Assembly (NCBI RefSeq): GCF_009914755.1
Contig: NC_060940.1
From: the human T2T-CHM13v2.0 reference genome, Homo sapiens
DNA: 64,000 nucleotides
Strand: one strand, 5' to 3'
Positions 48,672 through 64,000 of the stretch are shown here, in pieces; the stretch's first letter is position 1; each line of letters starts with the position of its first letter. The notes below the pieces were generated by a model that searched no databases, was not told the DNA's origin, and was given only the letters and a program-made list of their open reading frames with translations. The position numbers and the translations under genes are program-made.

Positions 48672-49299
48672 TTACTTTATGGAAACTGCTTTATTCGGCA
48701 TCACCAGTAATGTCCCGTTGCTAAATCCAGTAGTTGATCGGTCACTTGGCACAGTTGGCCATTCCTCCCATGCTGGGCTTTCCTGACATCACCTGTTCTA
48801 GTTTTCTTTCTCGCTTCTCTCAGTAGGTTCCCTAAGGCCCACTTCTCATGCTGACATTCTTGTCCAATCGCATGACCTCAGATGGTCTCTATACCACTGA
48901 CCTCAGAATCCATTACTCCAGCTCCGACCTCACCCAAGAGCTCTGGACTCATTTCCAATCCATGCCTTGATGTCTCCACGTGGACCTCAATTGGTGATCA
49001 GGCTTTGGCTCTTGCCAATGAAATGCAAGGGGAAATGACATCACATGCCTGTTCTTCCCTTTTCCATATAAATGGGTGACCAGCAATGTTCCAAGTGGAA
49101 GCTGCTCCAACCACCTGGGTCCCAGGGAGAAAATGGCATGAGGTGCAGCCACAGCTGACCTGCAACAGACATGTGGCAGGAGTGAGAAATGTTTGCTGTA
49201 TTAAGCAACGGAGATTTGGGGGGTTTTGTTACCACAGTATAACCTAGCCTATCCTGACTACTTTGTGTGCCTCACAGGATTGTAAGATCTCATAGGTCA

Positions 49300-49647
<348 letters not shown>

Positions 49648-49922
49648 TATATGCACGAAGAGGGGCCCAGCACAGGCCATAGAGTGGGGAAGACAGGACT
49701 TGCTGGAAATACAGTGAGCTTCTGTCTCCAAAAAAAAAAAAAAAAAAAAAAATTAGATTAATTTTTTTTTAACTTTACATTTTTAAAATTTTAATTATTA
49801 GGTTTAACCTCAAATTTTTTTTTTTTTTTTTTTTGAGACAGGGTCTTGCTCTGGCTTGGTGGTTAAATATTTTGAATTTCATCCCTGGGGCTTAGGGTTG
49901 CCCCAAGCAACCTGTTTACTGA

Positions 49923-50407
<485 letters not shown>

Positions 50408-50469
50408 TAGTTTTTTATATCTTAAAAATTAGGCCTATGTCTAATCCAAAAAAAGTGTTTTTAGATTAA

Positions 50470-50625
50470 ATTAGCTAGGTGTGGTGGCATGTGCCTGTAG
50501 TCCCAGCTACTCAGGAGGCTGAAGTAGGAGGATCACTTGAGCTCAGGAATTTGAGGCTGCAGTGAGCTATGACGGCATCACTGTACTCCAGCCTGGGCAA
50601 CAGAGTGAGACCCTGTCTCAAAAAC
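50470..50625 (+). mobile_element. Alu right-arm fragment
   Basis: ttagctaggtgtggtggcatgtgcctgtagtcccagctactc...gagaccctgtctcaaaaaca. Confidence 0.8.
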
Positions 50626-51157
50626 ATACATAGAGAACAGTGTGATCTCTGAAGAAGTTCAACACAGCCTGTTTTTCTCTAGCACTAGAACAAATGGCTT
50701 TTCTTTGGTTGAATACCAAAGTAATTGATGTGTTGAAGGACCCCCTTTATAAGAAAAATCTGTGTCTTTCAACAGCGAACACATTCAGCATGGTAAGATG
50801 CTGTTTACCGAATCAGTTTCCTCTTCCACTTACGCCCACAACTAATCTGTGTCCCAGCTTCCCTTGTCCTTAGACACTGCCGTGTGACCGAGTTGTAGCC
50901 AATGGAATGGAAGTGGAAGTAATAAGTGCTAATTTCCTGTCTTTCCATAAAAACTTGGCTCCTGCAACCTCCATACACATCATCTGCCTACATGATGCAA
51001 ACAAGCTGGGCAGTCCCAGGAGCCACGTGTTGAAAATGGCAGAATCACAGAACAGGAGATGCCCGAATTCCTGAATCGCCGCTTGCAGGAGAGCTGTCTC
51101 CCAGTCGGCAGCATCTGATTAAGATTTAATATGAGTTAGAAATAAAATAATGTTCTT

Positions 51158-51592
51158 TCTTTTTTTTTTTTTTTTTTGAGACAGAGTCTTGCTCTGCCTC
51201 CAGGCTGGAGTGCAGTGGCACGGTCTCGGCTCACTGCAACTTCCGCCTCCTGGTTCAAGTGATTCTCCTGCCTCAGCCTCCCGAGTAGCTGGGACTACAG
51301 GCGTGCACCACCACACCCAGTTAATTTTTGTATTTTTTGTAGAAATGAGGTTTCACCATGTTGGCCAGGCTGGTCTCGAACTCCTGACCTCAGGTGATCC
51401 CCCACCTCGGCCTCCCAAAATGCTGGGATTATAGGTGTGAGCCACCACGCCTGGCCAACTCTTTAACTCTTTTGTAGCAATGGGGACTTGCTATGTTACC
51501 CAGGCTAGTCTCAAGCTCCTGACCTCAAGTAATCCTCCTGTTTCAGCCTCCCAAAGTGCTGGGATTACAGGCATGTGCCACCACAACCAGTC
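51158..51592 (-). mobile_element. Full-length Alu (51158-51455) plus an adjacent partial Alu (51470-51592), both reverse orientation
   Basis: T18 gagacagagtcttgctctgcctccaggctggagtgcagtgg...gtgtgagccaccacgcctggcc. Then gcaatggggacttgctatgttacccagg...caggcatgtgccaccacaaccag. Confidence 0.85.
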
Positions 51593-52165
51593 TAGAAATA
51601 AACTATCATGTTTGAGGCACTACACATCTTGAAGTTTGTTACAGTAGTTAGGGTTATTTTTAATCACAGAAGGAGAGCCTTGAAGACTGAGACTGCCTAG
51701 AGGAACAGCAAATGTACAGGTACTGATCTCCTGCCCTCCGAGGCGCAGTCATTGAGTGGAACAAACAAATGAAACTTCTTACACAGTGGCGTGGTGATCA
51801 TTCATTTATTCTGAAGGCATATAGCTGATTCCAGAAGGCTATTACTGCACATATAACGTGACTCCACTATGTTCCCTAGATCAAATATAGATACTCCAGG
51901 GCCCAGGTCAGCTCAGCCTTTCCCCACTCCCCACCTCCAGATCAAGGGCTCTGCAGGTTCTTCCTGAGCCCAGGCCAGCCACTGGACATGGAACGCCGGC
52001 ACCAGTCTGACTGCGAGCCACGTCCCTGTAGGCCAAGGGGACTTAGAAGCCCTCCTGTGAGTCTTCAGTGCTACCCTACAAGCCTCAGGATGCTCGGGTG
52101 CAGATTCTTTTAGACTGCCCGTGCTCACACTCTCCTCCTCAACTCTCTTTTTTAAGATCACATAT

Positions 52166-52768
<603 letters not shown>

Positions 52769-53043
52769 CTCAATGTAGCTGGATTTACACAGTCAGCCTT
52801 CTGATGTCACTGTAAATGGTTAGAGCCAAGGAGCCTAGGAGCCAGCCAGGGACATGGGAGTCAGGCAGGCCAAGGGCTCTGTCCTCTGGGGCTGGAGAGA
52901 GAGGACCCACCAGGCTGGAGGAAGAGCCAACAGGAAGGAGAAAGGGCTGCAGGGCAGGCACAGGGACAGCCCCTGACCCAGTCTCCTACCTTGACTGCAG
53001 CAGGCCAGGTAGTGGGGTGCCCACAGCTGGAAACGCACCTCAG

Positions 53044-53336
<293 letters not shown>

Positions 53337-53496
53337 GCACCTCAGTTTTGTGCACCAATAGCTTCTTCAAGCACAGGTCTGTCCCTGCCACTGTCCTGCT
53401 TTAAGCCCCTCAACGTTCATCCTATACGTGTCCCCCAAAAAGCGCGAGATGATTTACCGCAGCACCATTCACAGTGGTAGGACCAGGTTAAACTGA

Positions 53497-53780
<284 letters not shown>

Positions 53781-53922
53781 TGAGAACAGTAACAGGGCTG
53801 TCGTATTGTGTGCAACTGTACAATTGTGAGATAAGATAATGCACGCAAATAGCACTTAGAGCAGGGTAGCTTGTGTTAGCAGAACAGCACATACATAAAA
53901 TGAATGTTAAGATATGGAAATG

Positions 53923-54226
<304 letters not shown>

Positions 54227-54410
54227 TCCTCTGGGCTCCTAGGCCGCCCCAGCTGGCTTCTGCGTCGCCTCTCACCAGCTCTCCCAGCCCCCAACCCCCA
54301 CTCCCCCAACCTCCCTGGAGCACTTGGTGCTCCAGGCCCTGTGACCTAGATCTGTTTCTTTTTTTTTTCCCCACCTTGACTGGAGCAGGCCAGGTTGGCA
54401 GGGATGGTAG

Positions 54411-54751
<341 letters not shown>

Positions 54752-55514
54752 TAGATCTGTTCCAATTTCTGTTGTCACTGTAAATGGTTAGAACCAAGGA
54801 GCCCAGGAGCCAGTCAGGGATGTGGGACCCAGGCCGACCAAGGGCTCCGTGCTCTGGGGCTGGAGAGTGCTCAGAGGACCCACCATGCCGGAAGAAGAGC
54901 TGACAGGAAGGAGAAAGAGGTGCAGAGCCCAGGGGCCTCTCTGGCCTCCCTGCCTTCCCATGCCATTCCCTCAGCTAAGAACCAATCTCCTCTGCACTAA
55001 CCCTTTCCTCTCCAATCCCTACCAGCCTTCTACATGGGATACCCAGCCCCTTCACCAAACCCTAAATCAGGTCCTAGGTGTCTTCTACTCCCACCCCCAA
55101 CGAGCACTTTCCTATGTTATTGTAGAGGAAGCCAGCTGCCCAGTACCCAGTGAATCCCCTGGGCCTAGCACAGGAGTTGAGGCTCAGTACATGTCTGGTA
55201 AATTTCTGCTCTCCTGGACACGGGGGCCTCTTGGGCCACTTGGCTAAGCTATCATGCAGATAGAATGAGTAACATCTGCAAAGAACCCGCAGCACAGAGT
55301 CTGGCATGCGGTACAGTAGTTTAAAAACCACAGATGGCAGGGGATAGATGCCCAGAACAGTGCCTAGTATATGATAGGAGCCCATAAAAAGAGGGAACAG
55401 TGTTTCTCAACATTACTGGAAGAATTCCCCGGCATTCAAGTTGCAGGTTTCTGAGCCCATCCCTAGAGCTTCTAACTCTGAAGGTTGGCTGCAGGGTCCA
55501 AGAAGTTGCATTTA

Positions 55515-56112
55515 TTTTATTTTTTGAGACATCTTGTTTTGTCGTCCAGGCCGGAGTACAGTAGCATGATCATGACTCACTGCAGCCTTGACTTCCCAGG
55601 CTCATTCAATCCTTTCACTGCAGCCTCCCCAGTAGCTGGGACTAAGGCACACACCACCACACTTGGCTAATTTTTGTATTTTTTTTTTGTAGAGACGGGG
55701 TCCTGCCATGTGACCCAGGCTGGTCTTGAACTCCTGGACTCAAGTGATCTTCCCACCTCAGCCTCCCAAAGTGCTGGGATTACAGGCCAGGCGTGAGCCT
55801 CCAAGACGGGCCAAAGTTGCTTTTTTTTTTTTTTGAGACTGCCTGGCTCTGCCTCCCAGGCTGGAGTGGCACCATTATGGATCACTGCAACCTCTCCCTC
55901 CTGCCTCCCAGGCTCAAGCCATCCTCCCACCTCAGCCTCCTGAGTAGCTGGGACCACAGGCATGTGCCACCACATTTGGCTATTTTTGTTATTTTTTGTA
56001 GAGATGGGGTTTCACCATGTTGGTCAGGCTGGCCTCGAACTCCTGTACTAAATCCACCCAACCTTGGCCTTCCAAAATGCTGGGATTACAGGCATGAGCC
56101 ACCACACCTGGC
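55515..56112 (-). mobile_element. Two Alus in tandem, reverse orientation (55515-55800 and 55820-56112)
   Basis: gagacatcttgttttgtcgtccaggccggagtacagtagcatg...attacaggccaggcgtgagcc. Then T13 gagactgcctggctctgcctcccaggctggagtgg...attacaggcatgagccaccacacctggc. Confidence 0.8.
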
Positions 56113-56139
56113 TTGAATTTGCATTTTAAAGAAATATCC

Positions 56140-56310
56140 AGCCAGGCTTTGTGGCTCATGCCTGTAATCCCAGCACTTTGAGAGGCTAAGGTGGGAGGAT
56201 CACTTGAGGTCAGGAGTTTGGGGCTGCAGTGAGCTATGATTGCACCACTGCACTCCAGCTTGGACGACAGAGTAGGACTCTGTCTCTAAAAAAAAAAAAA
56301 AAAAAAAGAA
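56140..56310 (+). mobile_element. Alu with an internal deletion, just beyond the CDIPT 3' end
   Basis: cagccaggctttgtggctcatgcctgtaatcccagcactttgagaggc...gactctgtctctaaaaaaaaaaaaaaaaaaag. Confidence 0.8.
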
Positions 56311-56395
56311 AGAAAAGCAAAAAAGAGAAATAGAAATATACCACAGGTGGTCTAAGGACCACACTCTGAGAAACCAACTCATTGACAGACGAGTA

Positions 56396-56401
56396 TTTAT
56401 T
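56396..56401 (-). terminator. CDIPT: AATAAA (as tttatt on the plus strand), candidate CDIPT polyadenylation signal ~810 nt after the stop codon
   Basis: gagtaTTTATTaagcagc on the plus strand. The implied ~1.75-kb mRNA is plausible for CDIPT. Confidence 0.4.
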
Positions 56402-57210
56402 AAGCAGCTACTATATGCCAGGTTCAAGTTGGTCTTACTCTAGGGATAGAGAAGAGAACAAGAAAAGTCTGTGCCTTCATGGAGTTTACATTCTAGTGAG
56501 GGTAGAAAATATCAAGAATATAAATACATGTAGACAGTCAGTGACATCAAACAAGTGGGCGGTGGGGACACCACATGAGCATGGGTGGCAGGAGGGCCTC
56601 TCTGTGAGGTCACTGTGGGTAGACGGAGAAGCCAGCCAGCAAACTGGAGGAAAAGCACCCAGACGGACGTCCTTCCCTAAGCTCCCTCAACCCAGGCCCT
56701 GAGCCAAGAATATCTGAAAGGAAACCAAGTCAAATAGTGAAGTCCCGCCAGGACCAGGGTAGGCAGGACAGAGGAGCCGGTGACAGGGAAGGCTGTGGAT
56801 GGCTTCTTCCCTCCTGGGCATGGTGCCCCAAGCTTGCTCTGGCTGGGGGCGGAGGTCTGACTCCCGCCTTTCAGGAAACCTGGCCCTCACACCACCTCCC
56901 TCACTCAAGCGTCCCTAGCATCTCGGACCCCAGGACTGAGCAGGCAGGGTGTGACACTGCCCGGTCCCGGCACCCCAGGAGCACCGCCTGGATGGAGGGG
57001 GCCTCCCGCGTATCCTCCCTGATTTGAGGCCCGGGTCCTCAGGATCCCAGAGAACGTGACGTCACCAAAGAGAGGCTGACCCCCATCCCAGCAGGTAGAA
57101 CAACACATGAGGAAGGCGTGAGACTGGGACCTCCTAGCAGGGGGTGGGGAGCTGTGTGGCACAGCAAGACTCCCAGGGCAGGTGGGCAGCCAGGACCCGG
57201 GGCTCCAGCG

Positions 57211-57356
57211 TCACTTCTTCTTGGCGCGGTCTGCTGCGTCCAGGGCAGCCATGTTGCGGGCGGCCGTGATCAGGTGGATGACGCTGATGAGCGACTTCAG
57301 CAAGGCGATGGGGGCAGTGACCCAGAGGCCCATCCGGAACAGTCCCACAGAGCCAA
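57211..57356 (-). CDS. CDIPT: CDIPT terminal coding exon (V)GSVGLFRMGLWVTAPIALLKSLISVIHLITAARNMAALDAADRAKKK*
   Basis: Minus-strand acceptor ctgcag|TTGGCTCTG. Stop TGA is tca at 57211-57213 on the plus strand. Exact match to the CDIPT C-terminus. Confidence 0.9.
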
Positions 57357-57463
57357 CTGCAGGAAGGCAGCAGGGGAGTTTGGGGCCCGAAGGAGGGGGC
57401 CTCCATCTCCCTGGGCAGGCCAGATCCCCCTCCCATCCTCCTGCCCAGCCCCTCATCTCCTAC

Positions 57464-57545
57464 CTAAAGGTCCCTCAGAGAAATGGAACAGGTAGAGGAG
57501 GCAGTAGAAGAGCTCATTCCCAGCACACAAGGTGAACAGAGCAGG
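57464..57545 (-). CDS. CDIPT: CDIPT coding exon PALFTLCAGNELFYCLLYLFHFSEGPL(V)
   Basis: Minus-strand acceptor tgtgtgcag|CCTGCT and donor TTTAG|gtagga. Confidence 0.9.
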
Positions 57546-57649
57546 CTGCACACACAGCAAACAGGCCACGTTAGCAAGAGGCAGGCGTGTGCCACCCCCT
57601 GCCCCCCCAGCACTAATGAAGGCACAATCTCGGCATATTACTTCTCTTA

Positions 57650-58282
<633 letters not shown>

Positions 58283-58602
58283 TAAAAATCCTTCCAGAGG
58301 CTGCCTGTGTTCCTGGAATCAAGTCCACACTCCAGCCCTGCAGACCTCTCTGGCTTATCTCCCTTCCCGCTTTCAGTCCCTTCTCTTTGCAGGCCTCATT
58401 CCCACTTGTTCCCTGGAGTAATTCACACAGGCCTTCCCCACCAATCCTCCTCCTCCACGCCTCAGCTTACGGGCCCTCCTCCTGGAGTGACTGGGCAGGC
58501 CCTGCTCTGCGCCCTCGCCTTCTCCTAGGCTAGGACCAGGATTCAGCCCAGGGCTTCCCACAGCCAAGAGCCTGAGGGGTGGGGTGTGCAGGAAATGCTT
58601 AC

Positions 58603-58684
58603 CCTCGAGGTGTAGTAGATCCGAAGCACCGGATTCCCGGACAAGTCGATCATCTTGTGACTCTCACTGCCTCGGACCACAGAA
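58603..58684 (-). CDS. CDIPT: CDIPT coding exon (S)SVVRGSESHKMIDLSGNPVLRIYYTSR
   Basis: Minus-strand acceptor ccccaag|TTCTGTGG and donor TCGAGG|gtaagc. Confidence 0.9.
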
Positions 58685-59127
58685 CTTGGGGAGAAAACAG
58701 GGGAACCCACAAGGTTTCATGACCACTACCATGCATCCAATCCTCATGTTAACACCTATTGTACAGATGGAAAACTGGGCACGGCTAAGGACCAGTATCC
58801 TGCCGAAAGCCACAGTTACCTATTTGGGGGCAGAGTCAGGATTCAAATGCCACATTTGAAAGCTCCCATGCCCCTTCCTATAAGCTGTCACCTATATGGA
58901 ATCCTAGAATACCCAGCCAGAAGAGTCCTAAGAATTGCTTAATGCAACTGTAAACATGACTGAAGCTTTAAAGAGAGGCAGGTTTGCCTGGGGTCTTTCT
59001 ACAAAGCAGAGCTAAAAAGGAGCCCTTCCAGGATGCCTAGTGCCATCCCAGACACCCTTCCATCTAGGCTCAGCCCACCCCACTGTAATGTCTCCAAGTG
59101 GCCCAGGCCCCCAGAATCGCAGCAGAC

Positions 59128-59281
59128 CTGTGGAGGTGCAGCCAGTGACTGGCCACATCCAAACTCATGCTGATTTGGAAGAACAGCGTGGCTCCAGGGT
59201 ACAGCAGGGCCAGGTTGACCAACAGGCACATGGTGGAGCAGCGGTCCGTCAGCATGTCCAGCATGGCCCCAAACCGGGTTC
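59128..59281 (-). CDS. CDIPT: CDIPT coding exon (G)TRFGAMLDMLTDRCSTMCLLVNLALLYPGATLFFQISMSLDVASHWLHLH(S)
   Basis: Minus-strand acceptor cttccag|GAACCCGG and donor CACAG|gtctgc. Confidence 0.9.
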
Positions 59282-59716
59282 CTGGAAGATTAGGTGGGCA
59301 AGGGCTGTTATGGCACAGTGGATGCAGGACAGGTGCCCATATTTGGTTTATCACTCTGACGCAGGGTGTAAACGAAGACTGGAAGTGTCCGCCTGCCTGG
59401 GGAGGAACGCAGGCTAGAAAACAGGCTGTGTGTGAGGTCAGTGGGCAAAGGTCACCATGGCATGAACTGAGAAAGGCATGAGAGTGGAGGGAACAGGGTA
59501 GGAGGAGAGGAAAGCTATGTCTGCAACTCATCAACCCCAGAACCAAGACTCCAGGGCTAGATAGAGACTTGATGCCTCAGGGGAAGCCTTACAGTTGGGT
59601 CTGGAGAACAGATTAAAAAATTAGTCAACCCTCCAGAAGCCATCACCCTTCCCTCTCCATCCTCCCTCTAAGCATGCCTTCTGGAACCCCAACTGCTTAT
59701 GCAGGGCACACAGTAG

Positions 59717-60052
<336 letters not shown>

Positions 60053-60186
60053 TGAATGGACTTGTATTCAGAGAGACCTCCAGCAGCGCCACCGCCATGT
60101 CATGTCTTGCTAATCCACACCTCTCACAAGCAGTGAGTTCTCAAGAGCTAGCTTAAATTCCTTTTGCTACAAAATCAGTCCATTCT

Positions 60187-60475
60187 TGCTGGGCGCGGCA
60201 CTTTGGGAGCAAGGCAGGAGGATCGCTTGAGGCTAGGAGCTGGGGACCAATCTGGGCGACACTGCAAGACCCAGTCTCTACAAAAATTTAAAAATTAGCC
60301 GGGTGTGGTGGCACGCTCCTGTAGTCCCAGCTAGTCAGGAGGCTGAGGTGGGAGGATTACTTGAGCCCAGAAGATGGGGGCTGCAGTGAGCCATGATCGC
60401 GCCACTGCACTCCAGCCTAAGTGACAGAGCGAGACCCTGTCTCAAAAACAAAAAAACAAAACACAAAACAAAAAG
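60187..60475 (+). mobile_element. Alu (5'-truncated) in a CDIPT intron
   Basis: ctgggcgcggcactttgggagcaaggcaggaggatcgcttgagg...gagaccctgtctcaaaaacaaaaaaacaaaacacaaaacaaaaa. Confidence 0.85.
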
Positions 60476-60607
60476 CCCCAGGCCATCCTGTTCTGCTTTT
60501 TCCAGAGATGGGAATGACAGCCCTCTGACTCTGAGGTCCCGAGGAGGCAGGGGAAGGGAGGAGGGGATTGTTGAACCCCAAGGCTGGCTGAGAGGGGTGT
60601 CTGTCAC

Positions 60608-60742
60608 CTTGATTAAGAGCGCGAGCAGCGTGTCCATCGAAAGCGTCCAGCAGGCCGCTGAGCAGGTAGAAGGAGGAGGCCGTGAGGGGGCAGCAGGGCA
60701 TGAAGTAGAAAGAAATGATGGCGAAGACAATCCGGGCATAAC
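60608..60742 (-). CDS. CDIPT: CDIPT coding exon (G)YARIVFAIISFYFMPCCPLTASSFYLLSGLLDAFDGHAARALNQ(G)
   Basis: Minus-strand acceptor ccgttccaag|GTTATGCC and donor AATCAAG|gtgacag. Confidence 0.9.
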
Positions 60743-60779
60743 CTTGGAACGGGACGCGGGGAGACAGGGCAGGATCAGG

Positions 60780-61400
60780 GAGCCCGCCAAGGCCCCTCGC
60801 CCTCTCGTTCGGCCCGGGGCCGTGGGCAGCACTCACCGATGAGGTTGGGCACGAACAGGAAGATATTTTCGTCTGGCATCGCGGCGCCTCCCTTGCTGCC
60901 CCGGGCCTGCTCTGGAGATGCCAGTGCTGTCCCAGCCCCGCAGCGCGGCCTCAGCCTCCGGCCCAGCGCATCGGCCGCACCACCTGCGCCCTGGACCCCG
61001 CCGCCCCAACCTGGCCCCAGATGCTGAAGCCCGCAGCCGTCGGGAGCATGGACCGGCCCCGAGGTGCGCGGGACGCAGGGGGCGCGCGCAGTCCGCCCTT
61101 CCTACCCGCAACCTCCCTCGCCTCTGCCAGCCCCGCAGGCGCTCCGGGCCTCCAGCTGCGGTCGCCGCTGCTCCAGCTGCGCGTGGCTTCCGGGAACCTC
61201 CTCCTCCGCGCCCGTCGTTGCAAAATTGGAGAGAGGAAAAAGTGGCTTAAAAAAATAGTTGCGGCCCCTTTAAGGCCTGTCGGCTTCCTTTCCCTTTTCC
61301 TCCCTCCGCCCCTCTCCCTTGGCTCGTACCAAAGCGCAGAGGAGGAGAGGGAGGAAGGAACCATTAACGTCAAGCAAAGTTAGAAACGGAAAAGGAAAGG
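60780..61400. promoter_or_regulatory. CDIPT: CpG island: CDIPT promoter, probably bidirectional with the divergent plus-strand transcript CDIPT-AS1
   Basis: Very CpG-dense block (gcgcggcctcagcctccggcccagcgcatcggccgc...gcgcgcagtccgccc) immediately 5' of the CDIPT ATG on the minus strand. Confidence 0.6.
60837..60879 (-). CDS. CDIPT: CDIPT first coding exon, coding part MPDENIFLFVPNLI(G); the exon extends 5' into the CpG island, with a TSS around 61.0-61.2 kb
   Basis: Start ATG is cat at 60877-60879 on the plus strand. Donor ATCG|gtgagt. The six coding exons total 642 nt, i.e. 213 aa, the known CDIPT length. Confidence 0.9.
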
Positions 61401-63668
61401 GTAAAAGAGAAGACCGAATAAAAATCTCTGCTTTCCTTTTGTGGAGGGTATGACTTCCTGGAGGCAAAGATAAGGCGATAAAATTCCTCCTCCTGAGTCT
61501 TTGCGTCCCCAAGAGGCCAGGAGATTTGGTGCAGTCCTCACTTTACTCCCCGCCCCCTAAGTCTCCAGCCGCCTTTGCTCTCGCAGGCTCTAGGCGGCTA
61601 GAGAGGCTCCAGAGCGCCCTGCAGATGGGTTGCTTCTCGCGTGCCCCTTGTGATGGGAGGATTAGGTCGCAGGCTCCACCCTACGTCATCCTCCCAAGCT
61701 TCTCAAGCGTCTGGCGCTTGGGGTCACTGCCCTCAAGGAGGCACCTGGAGGGGTACGGAGGGGAGGCTGGAGGAGCAAACGGGGCGCGCTAGGAAATTCC
61801 TCTGTCTTTAGTTCTAGAACCCCTGATCTCCTAGCAACGAGGCTGCGGAACCTCTGCAGACTCCAAGGGTTTTATAGCGTCCGGTAGCGACACGGAGCCG
61901 GCTCCCCCTTTTCCAGCCTTCCTCCCCATCTCCCATTCTCCGTCCCCCACGACCTATACCAGAGGTCCTTAGGCCTCCACGTCTCTCCTTTTGCCGAGTA
62001 GCCCAAGGTTTCCACCCATCTGCCAGGTCTGGGGCGTCAAGTCGGCTGCCTCGGCTTGGGAAGGTGCTTGGGAGGGAAGAAGGAAGGAGAGGCCCACCAG
62101 GCGAAGGGGTGAGGGGTAGGGGGTTGCGGGAGTTCCCTCTCACTCCCGAAGATATAAAGCAACCTTTATTATTATTATTATTTTTTCTTGTGAGAGGGAA
62201 TGAGGCAGCGGGATGTTTCCTCTAAAGGCCTTGTTTAAACCTGGGCCCGGGGAATGGTGGTGGACTGGGTTCTGGGGGAAAGCGGGCTGGTTTCTCAGGT
62301 CAACTCAGGCTTCGACTGTTCCCAGGGGGATGGCGTCCACTCCGATGGGGAATGAGGGGGAGAAGAAGAGCAGCTGGCCATCTCAAGCTGCACCCTCCTT
62401 GAGAGGAGGTCCGGTGAGCACTGCAGGGAACCCTAGAGGTGGGAATGTAATGAAGTGAAAGCCTCCCAGGCAGAGGCACCCCGTGCCAGGTCTGAGCCAC
62501 GGGCCCTGAGACTCTAGCCTCAACCCTGAGTCCTGAAGCCCCGACTCATAGCTCTCAGCACTAGGCCCTGACTCTAAACCCCCACCAAACCCCCCTCCCC
62601 CAGGTCCAGAGCTTTCTAGCTAAATCTCAAGGCCCAGTCCTTCAGGAGCAAGCTCCTTGGACCCACAGGCCCCAGCCTGGGAACTCCCACAGCCAGCACT
62701 CCCATGTGGGAGCTCCCAGGCTGAACCCCTCCGGCTTTTCCTTTCCCAGGCTTCGTTATCTCGTTCTGAGGAATACCTGTCCCAGATCAGTGCAGAACTC
62801 ATGGAGGAGGCTTTGTGCACTGCTTGCTGCCACTTGAACCCTGTGCCCATCAAAAAAAAGCAGTCACAAGACCAAGCGACTCAGATATCCAAACGCGGTA
62901 ACCCCCTGCCTCAGGACCACCGTGTCTAGAGAACCGCTGCCCCCACTATGCCTGGTTACAGTCCCTGACCCCTCCCACCCCTAGCTGAACTCTCCAGGAG
63001 TCTGTGCCCATCTCATCCATCTCACAGCCAGCCCTAGGACCTGTGAAATGCCCCTCTCACCCGCTAACCCAGTACCCACTCCTCACTGCTGGCCGAGAAT
63101 CCCCTTAGCCCCGTCTGCCCTGGCCGCATCTCTTCTGGCCACGGGGATAGTCCTTTCTCTGACTAGGTCCTCTACTTCCAGCATTCTTCACCAAGACCTG
63201 AGGCACAGACACCTGGTGAGTGAGGCTTCAAGGGAGATGCTCTTTGTCCTGGGAGAGAGGTGAGGAACCTGGAGGGGAGAGAGTGAGGGTTTCACAATAT
63301 CCCAGCAGGGTGGGGGAATTTTTGAACCGTGCACTTCCATTCTATTCTGCCCTGATCCTCAAATTCTGAATTCTCAGCCCTCTCCCCTCTCTTCCACCAT
63401 CTCCTGCTCGGACAGAAACCGTACCTGCAGCAAGGCATACCTCCTGCCAACTCCTGGTGAAAAGGTACATGCAGGGTCCATGGCTGCCAAGGCTATTCGA
63501 TATTAACCAAACCTTTTGAGTTTGCACTATATGTTGGTCCCTGTCTTAGGAGCTTGGGACACTGAAATGAATGGTACAGTCTCAGCCCTTGAAGAGTTCA
63601 CAGTTCAGTGTGGGGACAGACAAGGAAATGGCCAATTATAATACAGTCTGGATAAGTTTCCATAATAG

Positions 63669-64000
<332 letters not shown>

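Overview
This window is human genomic DNA from chromosome 16p11.2, inside the recurrent ~600-kb autism/obesity deletion and duplication interval. I identified it from exact protein matches in the ORF track combined with GT-AG splice junctions that I traced by hand. In order, it contains the last six coding exons of KIF22 (+), then all of MAZ (+), including an upstream in-frame mini-exon and two alternative terminal exons. PRRT2 (+) follows, with the known C9 homopolymer mutation hotspot. Next come PAGR1/PA1 (+, 3 coding exons) and MVP, the major vault protein (+, one non-coding first exon plus 14 coding exons). The MVP exons sum to exactly 893 codons plus a stop. Last is CDIPT on the minus strand (6 coding exons, 213 codons), with its CpG-island bidirectional promoter; the window ends upstream of CDIPT in the CDIPT-AS1 region. 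Spliced CDS lengths also reproduce MAZ isoform 1 at 477 aa, PRRT2 at 340 aa and PAGR1 at 254 aa. The first 15 kb is GC-rich and almost repeat-free, with CpG islands at every promoter. From ~15 kb on, the introns and the convergent MVP-CDIPT intergenic region are saturated with Alu SINEs (about 60 copies or fragments, many in tandem, inverted or nested). I found no prokaryote-style system, CRISPR array or obviously novel gene. The most interesting things not explained by the gene models are listed here. (1) The extremely pyrimidine/C-rich MAZ promoter and 5'UTR, whose opposite strand carries MAZ and Sp1 G-box motifs and a (CCG)9 tract. (2) A ~575-bp (GGAA/GGGA)n purine microsatellite in MVP intron 10, seeded by an Alu tail. 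(3) A (GA)n(GT)n-cored 35-40 bp minisatellite in the PAGR1 3'UTR, immediately upstream of the MVP promoter. (4) An imperfect CCTCCCTGCAC tandem array in the PRRT2 3'UTR. (5) Local paralogous duplications around 52.1-55.0 kb, including an Alu plus ~90 bp of flank bounded by a 12-14 bp direct repeat. Coordinates of Alu elements are approximate (+/-10 bp). Exon boundaries were checked against reading frame, splice consensus and total CDS length.
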